Counted from the stretch's first letter, positions 19,063 through 29,839 are shown. The stretch is DNA of 64,000 bases from Clostridiales bacterium (GCA_017961515.1 JAGCXC010000082.1:7092-71091); one strand, 5' to 3'. Notes: generated by a model from the letters alone, not told the origin. Made by a program: numbers and translations.

Positions 19063-20748
19063 ATGAAGCTTAAAATTGACAAGAAAGATATTCTTATAAT
19101 GACGGTGTTGTTTGTTTTGTACGCGATAGTTGCAATAATTAATTTAGGTGATAAAAAAGTTCCTGAGACGGAGTATACACCTGAAAAAGTGGGAGAAAGT
19201 TTTATATTACAGTTTCCAAGAAAACATGCAATAAACAGAATAAATTATTATTCTGGGCTTGGATTTACAAGAGAAGTTGAATTAGATATGTCAATAAAGT
19301 ATAGGGATGCAAACAATAATTTTGTTCCACTTACGAGTGGCGGAGAAAGCTGCAAGATAGAAAAAAAGTTTGGGGAATGTTTCATACTAAATAGTATAGA
19401 TTTTGATGTGGTTGGTACAGATGCATTAAAGTTTGAAGTAACCAAGGTCGGCGGAACAATAAATGAGATTTCAGTTTACAAAGTTCGAAGTAAAACACCA
19501 ATAGAGGGTATTAAGTTAGTTGATGCAACAAATGAGAATGCCAAATATTTAATTGATGAAAGCGATGTAATGCAGTGTTATAGGACACATAAAAATAGTA
19601 CATATTTTGATGAGATATATCATGCAAGAACTGCATATGAACACATACACAACATAAAGCAATATGAAAATACACATCCGCCATTAGGAAAGCTTTTTAT
19701 AGCTCTTGGTATAAAGCTGTTTGGTATGACTCCATTTGGCTGGAGAATAGTAGGTACACTGTTTGGTGCGTTTATGGTGCCTGTTATGTATTTGTTCGGG
19801 TTAAAAGTATTTGAAACAAAATTCCTTGCAACAATGTGTAGCTTACTTATGATGTTTGATTGCATGCATTTCACGCAAACACGTATTGCAACCATAGATG
19901 TGTATGTTACATTTTTTATAATACTTATGTATTATTGGATGTATGATGTGTATATGTTAAAGGATAATTATTATAAAAGTTTTGCGTTGTCAGGATTGAT
20001 GTTTGGTATAGGCGTTGCAAGTAAGTGGATTGCTTTATATGCAAGTGTAGGATTGTTTATATTGTTTTTGTTGTCTAAGTATAAGTTGTATAAAAAAGGA
20101 AAAGATCTAGAGATAATGAAAACGCTTGTATATGGATCAGTATTTTTTGTTATAATACCAATCATAATATATGTTGTGTCATATATTCCTGTAATGGGTG
20201 GTGAAGATGGATACATGGGGCTTATTGACACGGTAATAGGCTATGCTAAACATATGTATACATACCATTCTGATACAGTACTAACAGCAACACATCCATT
20301 TCAGTCAAGGTGGTATGAGTGGCAAATAATAAAGCGTCCGATATGGTACTATGTCGCTATGGGATTACCTGGAGGTAAAAGATCAACTATAGTGTGTTTA
20401 GGTAATCCGGCAATATGGTGGACGTCAATTTTGGCGTTGATCTATACAATAGTGGTTGCAATAAAAGAAAAAGATAGACGTATGGTGCCAATACTTGTGG
20501 CTTTCTTTTGCCAATATGCTCCATGGATGCTTGTTAAAAGAGTAACGTTTATATATCACTTTTTCTCTATGTTGCCATTTGCAATAATTATGGTTGTTTA
20601 TATGTTTAGAAAGAGGACAAAATTAATATATCCGTACATGGCAGTGGTTATGATTTTGTTTATTGTATTTTATCCAGCGATATCAGGGATACCAGTTACA
20701 GAAAATTATATAGATAAATTAAAATGGTTTAAGTCTTGGGTATTCTAA
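19063..20748 (+). CDS. GT39/PMT-family polyprenyl-phosphate-dependent glycosyltransferase with a discoidin-like module
   Basis: One N-terminal TM, then a beta-rich module of about 130 aa. The core follows: YFDEIYHARTAYEH...THPPLGKLFIALGIKLFGMTPFGWR and many TM helices. Confidence 0.8.
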   Translation: MKLKIDKKDILIMTVLFVLYAIVAIINLGDKKVPETEYTPEKVGESFILQFPRKHAINRINYYSGLGFTREVELDMSIKYRDANNNFVPLTSGGESCKIEKKFGECFILNSIDFDVVGTDALKFEVTKVGGTINEISVYKVRSKTPIEGIKLVDATNENAKYLIDESDVMQCYRTHKNSTYFDEIYHARTAYEHIHNIKQYENTHPPLGKLFIALGIKLFGMTPFGWRIVGTLFGAFMVPVMYLFGLKVFETKFLATMCSLLMMFDCMHFTQTRIATIDVYVTFFIILMYYWMYDVYMLKDNYYKSFALSGLMFGIGVASKWIALYASVGLFILFLLSKYKLYKKGKDLEIMKTLVYGSVFFVIIPIIIYVVSYIPVMGGEDGYMGLIDTVIGYAKHMYTYHSDTVLTATHPFQSRWYEWQIIKRPIWYYVAMGLPGGKRSTIVCLGNPAIWWTSILALIYTIVVAIKEKDRRMVPILVAFFCQYAPWMLVKRVTFIYHFFSMLPFAIIMVVYMFRKRTKLIYPYMAVVMILFIVFYPAISGIPVTENYIDKLKWFKSWVF

Positions 20749-20763
20749 ACTAGGGAGGATAGC

Positions 20764-23196
20764 ATGGTGAAAAGGATAGTTAAACTATTGGTTATAATTG
20801 GTGTTATGCTTTTGGGAAAGGTTGTCTTTGCAGAGAGTATATTATTAAACGGCGATTTTAGTGAAATTGGCGAAGAAGGCATAAAAAATTGGTTTTTAAA
20901 TGATGGAAAGCCAGATAGAAGTAAGATTTTTTTGGTGGATGACGGTGTGTTGTGTATAGAAAATAAAATTTCTAATGCAACAAAACTAAGACAGAACGTT
21001 AAAGTTGCTCCAGATAGTTACTACAGGCTTTCTGCTAAGGCGAAAGTGTTAAGAGAATCTAATTCAGGTGTATATTTGGAAATTGATTTATTAAATGATG
21101 CAGTAAGTACTAGGTCTAATATAGTGAAAAAAAAAGATGTTGATTGGGAAGAGATAGCATTATACGGAAAAACAGACAAAGATCAGTATTTTATAAATGT
21201 AAATTTATGTTTAGGTGAGAAGAAAAATGAAGTAATTGGTAAAGTGCTGATAAAAGATGTGAAGTTAGAAAAGTTAGATTATCAGCCTAAGTTATATGAT
21301 AATTGGTACACTAACGAAATAAATTCAAATGAAGTAGGTATACTTGCAGATTTATGTGTGAGAGTGGTACTAGCGGTATTTTTTATGCTGGTGATTTGGT
21401 TTATCGTGAAAAATATTAGTTTTGATGCAGAAGAACCTATAAGGGAAGATGGTTTTAGTAAAAAGGATGTAATTTTAGTTTTTGTACTAACAGTAGCGTA
21501 TTTGGTAATGGCGTTATACAAATTGGGGAATACGTTTGCAACGAAAACAGGCTGGCTTACTAAAAGTGAAGGTGAGTACGTTGTGATGAAGCTTCCTATT
21601 ATGACTCACATAGGTAAGATAAATATATTTGAAGGTCAAAATGACAAAAATGCAAGTCGTGGCAAGTTAAAAATTGAATATTTGGATGAGGAGTTGGAAG
21701 ATGGTGATACTAATGATAGGTATCATATAATAAAAAGAGTAGATTTTGGAAATCATATATTAAGAGAAATAGTGGAAGACACAAAAGCAATGACTTTAAA
21801 GATTACTGTGCTAGAACCTGGTTTGGACATAAAAGAGATCGCTATATTTGAAAAAGGACATACTGATCCAATAGAAGGGGTAAAAATATTGGAGGATCAG
21901 ACTAAAGATCATGTTGCAAATAAGATTTTGGATGAACAAAATCTTATACCATACAATGGCAGTCATATGATTAATGCTATTTTTGATGAGGTACTTTATG
22001 CAAGAACGGGGTATGAATATATTAATAATAAAGAGGGATTTGAAGCAACACATCCACCGTTAGGGAAAATACTGATGGCTGTTGGGATAAAAATATTTGG
22101 TATGACACCATTTGGTTGGAGAATTAGCAGCACAATTTTTGGGGTACTTATGGTGCCGCTTATGTATATGTTTGCTAGAAAATTTTTTATAAATAGATTA
22201 TACATTGTAGGATGTACTATACTTATTATGTTTGATTGTATGCACTTCACACAAACAAGAACGTGTCTGATAGATAGTTATGCTGTATTTTTTATAATTA
22301 TGATGTACTATTATATGATGAATGTTTATAGAAGTGTTAAGATGGATAAAAAATATATTATATCGTTTATGTTATCAGGACTATTTTTTAGCTTGGGGAT
22401 TGCTACAAAATGGATAGTTTTATATGGAGGATTAGGCCTTGCTATATTATATTTTTTGTCACTTTACAAAAATTTTTGGCACAAGAAACCTGACTTGTTA
22501 AAGTCAGTTATACTAGGGATTACATTTTTTGTAGTTATGCCTATCATTGTGTATCTTTTGGTGTATATACCGGTTTTAAGACCGACAGAAGTAGGATATA
22601 CACTAGGTGGAGTAATCGATCAAGTGAAAAGTATGTTTGTGTTCCACAGGTATGAATCAACGGCTCATGAATATTCATCTAAGTGGTATGAATGGCTAGT
22701 TATGATAAAACCGATGTTGTTCTACGGTAAGGAATTAGACGGGGGAATGTATGAGAGAGTTATAACCATGGGTAATCCGCTTATATGGCATTTATCATTA
22801 GTATCAATTATTGCGAGTGCAATAATTGGATATAAAAAGAAAGATAATGGTGTGTGGGTTTTTGTGTTAGGATATTTGTGCCAATATTTGCCGTGGATGT
22901 TTATTACTAGGACTACATATATATATCATTATTTTTCGGCAGTGCCATTTGCGATATTTGCAATAATGTATGTTATGCAAAACTTAGATAGATATAAGGT
23001 GTATGACGTTGTAATATATCAATTGATGGTTGTGATTACATTTTTTGTATTTTATCCGTTGGTACAGGGTATGGTTGTTAAAAAGTTAAATTATGATGTA
23101 TTAAGAGAGGTTATGGTATACCCTATTTCAATTTGCGAGATTGTGTACTGTTCGAAAATGCTAAATGGGAAAATAAAGATGAAAAAACTGGAATAA
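20764..23196 (+). CDS. Second GT39/PMT-family glycosyltransferase with extra N-terminal CBM-like and discoidin-like modules
   Basis: Signal peptide and a CBM4/9-like region (ESILLNGDFSE...). Then a TM segment, a second beta module and the same core, DEVLYARTGYEY...THPPLGKILMAVGIKIFGMTPFGWR. Confidence 0.8.
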   Translation: MVKRIVKLLVIIGVMLLGKVVFAESILLNGDFSEIGEEGIKNWFLNDGKPDRSKIFLVDDGVLCIENKISNATKLRQNVKVAPDSYYRLSAKAKVLRESNSGVYLEIDLLNDAVSTRSNIVKKKDVDWEEIALYGKTDKDQYFINVNLCLGEKKNEVIGKVLIKDVKLEKLDYQPKLYDNWYTNEINSNEVGILADLCVRVVLAVFFMLVIWFIVKNISFDAEEPIREDGFSKKDVILVFVLTVAYLVMALYKLGNTFATKTGWLTKSEGEYVVMKLPIMTHIGKINIFEGQNDKNASRGKLKIEYLDEELEDGDTNDRYHIIKRVDFGNHILREIVEDTKAMTLKITVLEPGLDIKEIAIFEKGHTDPIEGVKILEDQTKDHVANKILDEQNLIPYNGSHMINAIFDEVLYARTGYEYINNKEGFEATHPPLGKILMAVGIKIFGMTPFGWRISSTIFGVLMVPLMYMFARKFFINRLYIVGCTILIMFDCMHFTQTRTCLIDSYAVFFIIMMYYYMMNVYRSVKMDKKYIISFMLSGLFFSLGIATKWIVLYGGLGLAILYFLSLYKNFWHKKPDLLKSVILGITFFVVMPIIVYLLVYIPVLRPTEVGYTLGGVIDQVKSMFVFHRYESTAHEYSSKWYEWLVMIKPMLFYGKELDGGMYERVITMGNPLIWHLSLVSIIASAIIGYKKKDNGVWVFVLGYLCQYLPWMFITRTTYIYHYFSAVPFAIFAIMYVMQNLDRYKVYDVVIYQLMVVITFFVFYPLVQGMVVKKLNYDVLREVMVYPISICEIVYCSKMLNGKIKMKKLE

Positions 23197-23265
23197 GTGG
23201 GTTGTTATAAAAAAAAAAAAGTGATATAATGAACACGAGTTTGTGAAAGGAATAATTTTGGTGCG

Positions 23266-23976
23266 ATGGATGAATTTCAAAGAACAGAGATGTTGATAGG
23301 TAAAGATAATTTGGAGGAAATAGAAAACAGCAAAGTTGCAATTTTTGGAGTAGGAGGAGTAGGTTCATACGTTGCAGAGGCATTGGCAAGAGCAGGGATA
23401 GGGCATTTTGTGTTGGTGGACAATGATATTGTATCAATAACAAATATAAATAGGCAATTAATAGCGCTCCATTCTACATTGGACAGAGCAAAGGTTGATG
23501 TTATGAGAGAACGAATTTATGACATAAATCCTAATGCGGAAGTAAATGTAAGTCAAGAATTTTATGATGGAGAGAGTTTGGAAAAATTGATTGGTAGTGA
23601 GTGTGATTATGTTGTTGATGCAATAGACTCAGTGCCTTCGAAGATTAAGTTGATAGTTGCGGCAGATGCTTTAAATGTGCCTGTCATAAGTTCGATGGGA
23701 GCAGGAAATAAGTTAGACCCGACTATGTTTCGTGTATCAGATATATATAAGACGTCGGTTTGTCCATTAGCAAGAGTTATGAGAAAGAGGTTAAGGCAAG
23801 AAGGAATAAGTAGATTAAAAGTGGTGTACTCCCAGGAGGAGCCAATAAGAAAGTGTGAAGGGAAAGTTCCAGCAAGTATATCTTTTGTACCATCGGTAGT
23901 AGGATTGATTATAGCGTCTGAAGTTGTGAGGGACATAATAAAAGGAGATGATATTTTATGTCGGACTTGGCAATAA
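23266..23976 (+). CDS. tcdA: ThiF/MoeB-family protein, tRNA ct6A dehydratase TcdA-like
   Basis: GVGGVGS nucleotide-binding loop; size and layout fit TcdA/YgdL. Confidence 0.8.
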   Translation: MDEFQRTEMLIGKDNLEEIENSKVAIFGVGGVGSYVAEALARAGIGHFVLVDNDIVSITNINRQLIALHSTLDRAKVDVMRERIYDINPNAEVNVSQEFYDGESLEKLIGSECDYVVDAIDSVPSKIKLIVAADALNVPVISSMGAGNKLDPTMFRVSDIYKTSVCPLARVMRKRLRQEGISRLKVVYSQEEPIRKCEGKVPASISFVPSVVGLIIASEVVRDIIKGDDILCRTWQ

Positions 23977-24650
23977 ACGAATTTTTAAAGAGTGGAGATA
24001 TTGTAAGGTCAAGGAGATACGGTTCTAATGAGTGGAACACAAACGTGATATTTGATATAAAAGAAAACGAGTTTGTGATTGACGCGGGTACCAAAGAAGA
24101 GACTTTTGGAGATATAAAAGAGGGTAATGAATTTGAGCTAAGGTTTACTACAAAGGAATTTGAGTATAGTATTAGAGCTTGTGTTGTAGGGGTTTTTGTA
24201 TCCCCAATACAGACAGTTGCGTTAAGAGTGGAAGATATAAAAAAATATAACAATATGAGAAAAGATTTGAGACATTTTGTGTATTTATTTGCGTTAATAA
24301 GAAATAAGAAAAATGAGAAGGATCCAATTTTTGCAGTAGTAACAGACATAAGCGCAGGAGGAGTGGCTGTTGCGGTAAATGATAAAAAAAATTTAAATAG
24401 AATGGAGATAAAAGTTGGAGAGGAGCTTTCTTTTGAGGTGTCATTAGAGGATCAAAGAAAATTACATTTTATAGGTACCATAAAGAGAAAGAAGGAAAAT
24501 GGGGATAATACTGAGTATGGTGTGCAAATAAAAGATATAGACAAAAAGAATAAAGATATGCTAAATGATTATGTTTATGAATTGGAGACGGCGGATAAAG
24601 AGTTTCAACAATTAAAGCAGGAAATATGGGAATATAATTTTGGATTATAG
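23958..24650 (+). CDS. PilZ-domain (c-di-GMP-binding) protein
   Basis: RKDLR (RxxxR) followed by DISAGGVAV (D/NxSxxG). Confidence 0.7.
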   Translation: MSDLAINEFLKSGDIVRSRRYGSNEWNTNVIFDIKENEFVIDAGTKEETFGDIKEGNEFELRFTTKEFEYSIRACVVGVFVSPIQTVALRVEDIKKYNNMRKDLRHFVYLFALIRNKKNEKDPIFAVVTDISAGGVAVAVNDKKNLNRMEIKVGEELSFEVSLEDQRKLHFIGTIKRKKENGDNTEYGVQIKDIDKKNKDMLNDYVYELETADKEFQQLKQEIWEYNFGL

Positions 24651-24695
24651 GCTTGGAATAGAGAGAAAAATGATGAAAGTGGAAGGTATGGTTTA

Positions 24696-25970
24696 ATGTA
24701 TGGGAAATTTGGTATAAGTGAGGAGCTAGTGAATCTATCAAGAGAAGTGGAAAAAGAGGTAAGGGATGAACTAGACAAGATAGAGAGAATAAGAGAATAT
24801 AACCAATTAAAAGTGATAAAAGCCATGCAGGATAACGGGTTAAGTGATACGCATTTTTGCGGGAGCACAGGTTATGGTTATTCGGATAGAGGAAGAGAAG
24901 TTTTAGATGAAGTGTATGCTGATGTGTTTAAGGCAGAGAAGGGGCTTGTGCGACATCAGATTGTGTCAGGAACACATGCGTTGTCGTTGGTGTTGTTTGG
25001 ACTTTTGCGTACTAAAGATGAATTATTGGTGATAACAGGAAAGCCGTATGATACAATGGAAGAGGTTATAGGAATACGCGGAGAAGGAATGGGATCACTG
25101 AGTGAATTTGGTGTTTTGTATAAGCAAGTAGATTTAAAAAAAGATGGTAGTGTTGATATAGATAAAGTGTGTCAAGTGATAAACGAAAAGACAAAGGTAG
25201 TTATGATACAAAGATCCAGAGGATATGAATGGAGAGATTCGCTAAGTATAGATGATATAGAATATATTGTGTCATGCATTAAGAAGAAAAAAAACGACGT
25301 AATAGTTTTTGTAGATAATTGTTATGGTGAATTTGTTGAGAAAAGAGAGCCAATAGAGGTGGGTGTAGATATTGTAGCAGGATCGTTGATAAAAAATCCT
25401 GGAGGTGGATTGGCTTTAACTGGGGGGTATATTGTTGGCAAGGCTGAGCTCGTAGAGAAAGTGGCATACAGGTTAACAGCACCAGGCATAGGAAATGAGA
25501 TTGGAGCGTCACTTGGAAATAACAGATTGATGTTTCAGGGGTTGTTTTTGGCGCCGCATATTGTTTCTGAGGCTATGAAAGGAGCAGTATTTACAGCAAA
25601 GATGATGGAGAAAATAGGTGTTGCAACGTCTCCAGCGTCAACAGCCAAGAGAAGTGACATAATACAGGCGATGAAGTTTGAAAATAAGGAGGAATTAATT
25701 GCATTTTGTCAAGGAATACAAAAGGGATCACCAGTTGATTCGTTTGTGGTGCCTATGCCGTGGGATATGCCAGGTTATGATAATCAAGTTATAATGGCGG
25801 CAGGGACATTTGTTCAGGGTTCATCAATAGAATTAAGTGCTGATGCGCCAATAAAGGAGCCATATATAGTGTTTATGCAGGGTGGATTGGTGTATGAGCA
25901 TGTTAAATTAGGAGTTATGATTGCTATAAGTAAATTACGAAAGAGGAGCTTGGGGCATGGAGAAGACTAA
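24696..25970 (+). CDS. ynbB: YnbB / aluminium-resistance family PLP-dependent protein
   Basis: The N-terminus (REYNQLKVIKAMQDNGLSDTHFCGSTGYGYSDRGRE) is characteristic of this family. Confidence 0.75.
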   Translation: MYGKFGISEELVNLSREVEKEVRDELDKIERIREYNQLKVIKAMQDNGLSDTHFCGSTGYGYSDRGREVLDEVYADVFKAEKGLVRHQIVSGTHALSLVLFGLLRTKDELLVITGKPYDTMEEVIGIRGEGMGSLSEFGVLYKQVDLKKDGSVDIDKVCQVINEKTKVVMIQRSRGYEWRDSLSIDDIEYIVSCIKKKKNDVIVFVDNCYGEFVEKREPIEVGVDIVAGSLIKNPGGGLALTGGYIVGKAELVEKVAYRLTAPGIGNEIGASLGNNRLMFQGLFLAPHIVSEAMKGAVFTAKMMEKIGVATSPASTAKRSDIIQAMKFENKEELIAFCQGIQKGSPVDSFVVPMPWDMPGYDNQVIMAAGTFVQGSSIELSADAPIKEPYIVFMQGGLVYEHVKLGVMIAISKLRKRSLGHGED

Positions 25971-27219
25971 AGAGAAGGGTAAATCAAATTTGATATATGT
26001 TATGATAGCATTATTTTTAGCTGTATATATACCGTCTATATATAATTTAATTTGCGGAAAGACGATAAACGTTGGATTTATTTCCATTGGGGATATAGAA
26101 GAGTCTATTAATACGCGGGCATATATTATAAGAGATGAGATATTAATAAATGCGCCTTTTACAGGTAAGTATGTGTCAGATGTTAGGGAAGGAGAGAAAG
26201 TACAGGCAAATCAGGTGATAGCACAGGTGTTAAGAGAGGGCGACGAGGAGATTTTAAGAGACATAAAAAAGCTAGATTTTGAGATATTAGAAGCAAAGAG
26301 AAGTAAGGCTAGTGGGAAGGAAGTGTATAATTCAGACATATTAAAAATAGACAAAAAAATAGAAGAGAATATTGAGTTTTTAATTAGGGAGACAAATGAT
26401 GCAGGGAACACTAATTATAAGAGGATAAAGGATGAGATAGATTCACTCATGATGAAAAAGAGTGAGATTATTGGGCAAAACGCAGCGAATGACTCCTATA
26501 TAGACACAAAAATAAATGAACGCAAGTTATTGCGTGATAGATTAGACAAAGAGGATAGAAATATTAGAGTTCAAAATGCGGGGATGATAAGCTTTTGTGT
26601 GGATGGATTTGAGAATATACTTAATATGGCATCAGTACAAAATTTAGAGTATGATTTTTTTGATAAAGAAGATATAAAAAATGTGAGAAGAGATGCAGAT
26701 AACATAATGGCAAAGGCGAGTACACCATTTGCCAAATTGATAAAAGGGATAGACGCTTATGTTGTAGTAGTCCTTGATGAAAAAAGCGCAACAAAGTACC
26801 AAGAAGGAGCACAGGTTAGAGTAAGATTTAATGATGTTAATAAGTTAGTGCCAGGGAAAGTTGTTAAAAAGAATAGTAGTCAAGGGAAGACAGTGGTAGC
26901 AGTTAAAGTAAGTAGTGCGCTACAGTATTTATCTTCTTACAGAGTATGCAATGTGGATTTAATAAGCAATGCGCATAGTGGATTAAAAGTACCTAAAAAA
27001 AGCCTTAAAGATTATGATAAAGAGAGTAGAATAGCAAAGATTGGGGTAATTAAATCTAATAAAGTTGAATATAAATACGTAAAAGTATTGGGATATAACA
27101 ATGAATTTGCTATAATAGAAAATAATCCATTAAAATGGGATCAAAGTGTAAATTTATATGATGAATTTATTATAGAACCAGAGAATGTAGTGGAAGGACA
27201 GATAATAAATAAAGTTTAG
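25957..27219 (+). CDS. HlyD-like membrane-anchored protein
   Basis: N-terminal TM, lipoyl-like beta segment, long coiled coil and C-terminal beta domain. Assignment is by architecture only. Confidence 0.5.
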   Translation: MEKTKEKGKSNLIYVMIALFLAVYIPSIYNLICGKTINVGFISIGDIEESINTRAYIIRDEILINAPFTGKYVSDVREGEKVQANQVIAQVLREGDEEILRDIKKLDFEILEAKRSKASGKEVYNSDILKIDKKIEENIEFLIRETNDAGNTNYKRIKDEIDSLMMKKSEIIGQNAANDSYIDTKINERKLLRDRLDKEDRNIRVQNAGMISFCVDGFENILNMASVQNLEYDFFDKEDIKNVRRDADNIMAKASTPFAKLIKGIDAYVVVVLDEKSATKYQEGAQVRVRFNDVNKLVPGKVVKKNSSQGKTVVAVKVSSALQYLSSYRVCNVDLISNAHSGLKVPKKSLKDYDKESRIAKIGVIKSNKVEYKYVKVLGYNNEFAIIENNPLKWDQSVNLYDEFIIEPENVVEGQIINKV

Positions 27220-27318
27220 TGTAAATAAAATGATTTTTTGGCCGACCAATGTAAAAGGGACAGTTTTTTACATATATGGTCAACAAGAAGAAATATATTT
27301 TTGTAGGGAGGAATAAAA

Positions 27319-27777
27319 ATGTCGAACAATATAGTAAGTAAAGTAAAGAATTTTGTGGGATGGGAAGAAGAAGAGGATATGGAGTATGAGCAAAATCAAA
27401 ATGATATGCCACACACACAAAACTTTTTTTCGACAGCAGCTGTTAGAAAGAATACACAGGATGGTAAAACCATGAATCTTAATGCGATGTCATCTAAGAT
27501 GAAAGTTATAGTTATGCAACCAGAAAATTTTGATGATGCGCAGGAGATATGTGATTATTTAAAAGAGAAAAAACCTACAGTTATCAATTTGGAGAATGTA
27601 GAAAAAGAAAATGCGCAAAGAGTTATAGATTTTTTAAGTGGAGCGGTTTATGCATTAGAAGGAACAATACAAAAAGTAGCTAGTGGGATATTTATAGTAG
27701 CGCCACACAATATTGATATAATGAACGATTTAGATGATGATTTAAAAGACAAAGGTGGATTTATCTGGAATAGATGA
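27319..27777 (+). CDS. sepF: Cell division protein SepF
   Basis: VIVMQPENFDDAQEICDYLKEKKPTVINLENV...RVIDFLSGAVYALEGTIQKVA..IFIVAP. Confidence 0.85.
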   Translation: MSNNIVSKVKNFVGWEEEEDMEYEQNQNDMPHTQNFFSTAAVRKNTQDGKTMNLNAMSSKMKVIVMQPENFDDAQEICDYLKEKKPTVINLENVEKENAQRVIDFLSGAVYALEGTIQKVASGIFIVAPHNIDIMNDLDDDLKDKGGFIWNR

Positions 27778-27947
27778 GATATAGATTAGGAAAATGAAGT
27801 GGGGAACACGATAGGGACGTTGTGTGCAAAAATATGGCAGTATTAGTATGGTATAGTTGTTTGTCGTATTTCTTCCAAATTTAAAAATATAATATCAGGG
27901 AAGTTTTGAGGAGCACATCGTTGTATTGTGTATGGAGGTGTTTTGTT

Positions 27948-29753
27948 TTGCGTGAAATAAAGGACATAAAAGTAGGAAAAAAACGATCAGAAAGGGAAGA
28001 ATTTACTTTTAGGGAGGAACTTGAAAGTGCAGTAAAAGAAATATCAATAAGTTTTAAGAATGTCAATAAATATTTTTCGAGAGCGTATATTGCAAAGTTA
28101 GTTAAAGAAAAACTTGTAGAAGGAGAATTCGAAAAGTTAAAAGGTATAGAGAAAGAATTAAAAGAGCAATATGTTGGGAATGGTCGAGTTAGCAAAGAAG
28201 ATTTAGAAGAGTTGAAAAAATTTTTAGGTTATCAAAAGGACCGGAATAGAGAGTATTTAAGGCATGAGATATTGGATTATATGGCAAGACCGCAGTATGT
28301 GTACGAGAAGAAGAGTAGAGAAAGGTGCGAATTGGCGAGAAAATATGTTTTGGATGCGCTTAGTATAGATGATGCAACATATGAAAAAATTTTACGAAGT
28401 GGTCAAAGGAAGAAAGAAAAAGAAGAGATCATATCAAAGATTGAATCTGTAGTAGATTTTTTTTGCCCCTCCGATGAAAAAATACAAAGATATTCAAAAG
28501 CGTATATAGCCAATAAAACAAAACAAGCATTGATTAAGGGGAAGGTGGACGAGATAGATAAAATTTTTAATAAATTGGGGAAAGGTAGTAAGAGTGGTTC
28601 TAGCTTAGAAAAGATAAGAGGGACAATTAAATTGAAAAACGTAATAGAGTACGATGATCAGGAAAATGATTTTATATTAGAGAAACGCTTGCAAAAAAAC
28701 AAAGATAATTTTAAAATAGAACTTGATGATGATACTTACGAAAAAATTGTAAGTGAAATTAAGCCCCATGAAGAGAAACGTGATATAAAGATAGATACGT
28801 ATGATGAGTCTATGGAGCTTTATTCAGACAAATTGATGAATGATAGTGGAATAGATTTATATGATGATCCGCATGCATACATCTTTAAAAGTAAGTATTT
28901 GAAATCCTTGTTTGAAACGTCGGTATATTCGTATGTGGATTTTTTCTGTGTTTATGTAGCAAATGTTTTTAAGTGTATGGAACCTAATTCATCTGAGACA
29001 TATATTAAAAATCTCACAAAAGAAGCGTTAAAGAATGGTAAGTTAAATGAATTAATAGAATTTTTTGATACTGATGGTTTAAACGAGAAGAAAGATGGTT
29101 TAATAAAATTATTAGATTACAGAGAGGAGGAGAATGAGGAGTACAAAGAGAAAGTTTTTTGTTTTTTAGTGGATGAAAGTGATATAGAAGCAATTATCAA
29201 GGAAAATAAATTGCAGACATTATCGAGTGATACAAAGCAGTACTATAAGCAACCAGCATTTTATCAAGAGACATCTATGAGTTGGAAGGAGAGGAATAAG
29301 CATTTGTTTAACGATAATGATAAATATTATAATATTAGCGATATAAGTTCAATAGAGACTATGAATTCTTATGGAACTTATGATGAATATTTGGAAAACG
29401 TTGATGCAAAGAATGATGGTTTGTATAAATTGAAAAAGCTTCTTTCTAAGCTTAATCTTATAAAGAATAAAACAACAGATGTTAAACACGATAAAGAAAT
29501 TTTATCAGAGGATCTAGAAAGTGTTTCAGATTATTTCTATGCAGAAAGTGATCAGCTTAGCGACTTTGAAGAAGAAATAGTAGAACAACAGGTAAAAGAG
29601 ATTGAAAAAGAACAAAACAATAAGACGGAAACAAAAAGATCTAAGGAGCGCAATATACCTAAGGTAGAGGAGGAACCTTTAAAGATAGATTTAAATCAGA
29701 ATAGGAATAGAAATAGAAGACCAATCTTTGGGTATCTAAAATCAAAACTATAG
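27948..29753 (+). CDS. Charged hypothetical protein with three internal repeats of a YI..K..AL..G module
   Basis: TTG at 27948 lies 7 nt after GGAGGTG; the track start at 27906 has no RBS. Three modules are visible: FSRAYIAKLVKEKLVEGEFEKL, YSKAYIANKTKQALIKGKVDEI and SETYIKNLTKEALKNGKLNEL. Two of them are preceded by VDFFC. Confidence 0.6.
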   Translation: MREIKDIKVGKKRSEREEFTFREELESAVKEISISFKNVNKYFSRAYIAKLVKEKLVEGEFEKLKGIEKELKEQYVGNGRVSKEDLEELKKFLGYQKDRNREYLRHEILDYMARPQYVYEKKSRERCELARKYVLDALSIDDATYEKILRSGQRKKEKEEIISKIESVVDFFCPSDEKIQRYSKAYIANKTKQALIKGKVDEIDKIFNKLGKGSKSGSSLEKIRGTIKLKNVIEYDDQENDFILEKRLQKNKDNFKIELDDDTYEKIVSEIKPHEEKRDIKIDTYDESMELYSDKLMNDSGIDLYDDPHAYIFKSKYLKSLFETSVYSYVDFFCVYVANVFKCMEPNSSETYIKNLTKEALKNGKLNELIEFFDTDGLNEKKDGLIKLLDYREEENEEYKEKVFCFLVDESDIEAIIKENKLQTLSSDTKQYYKQPAFYQETSMSWKERNKHLFNDNDKYYNISDISSIETMNSYGTYDEYLENVDAKNDGLYKLKKLLSKLNLIKNKTTDVKHDKEILSEDLESVSDYFYAESDQLSDFEEEIVEQQVKEIEKEQNNKTETKRSKERNIPKVEEEPLKIDLNQNRNRNRRPIFGYLKSKL

Positions 29754-29762
29754 TAAGGGGAG

Positions 29763-29798
29763 TTGCTGAGGTGATATTATACTTCAGCAATTTTTTTT
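29763..29798 (+). terminator. Intrinsic terminator
   Basis: Stem ttgctga / tcagcaa followed by a T8 run. Confidence 0.7.
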
Positions 29799-29839
29799 GC
29801 CAAAATTGCCGTAAAGCTTTAGTTATGGTCGACAAATTT

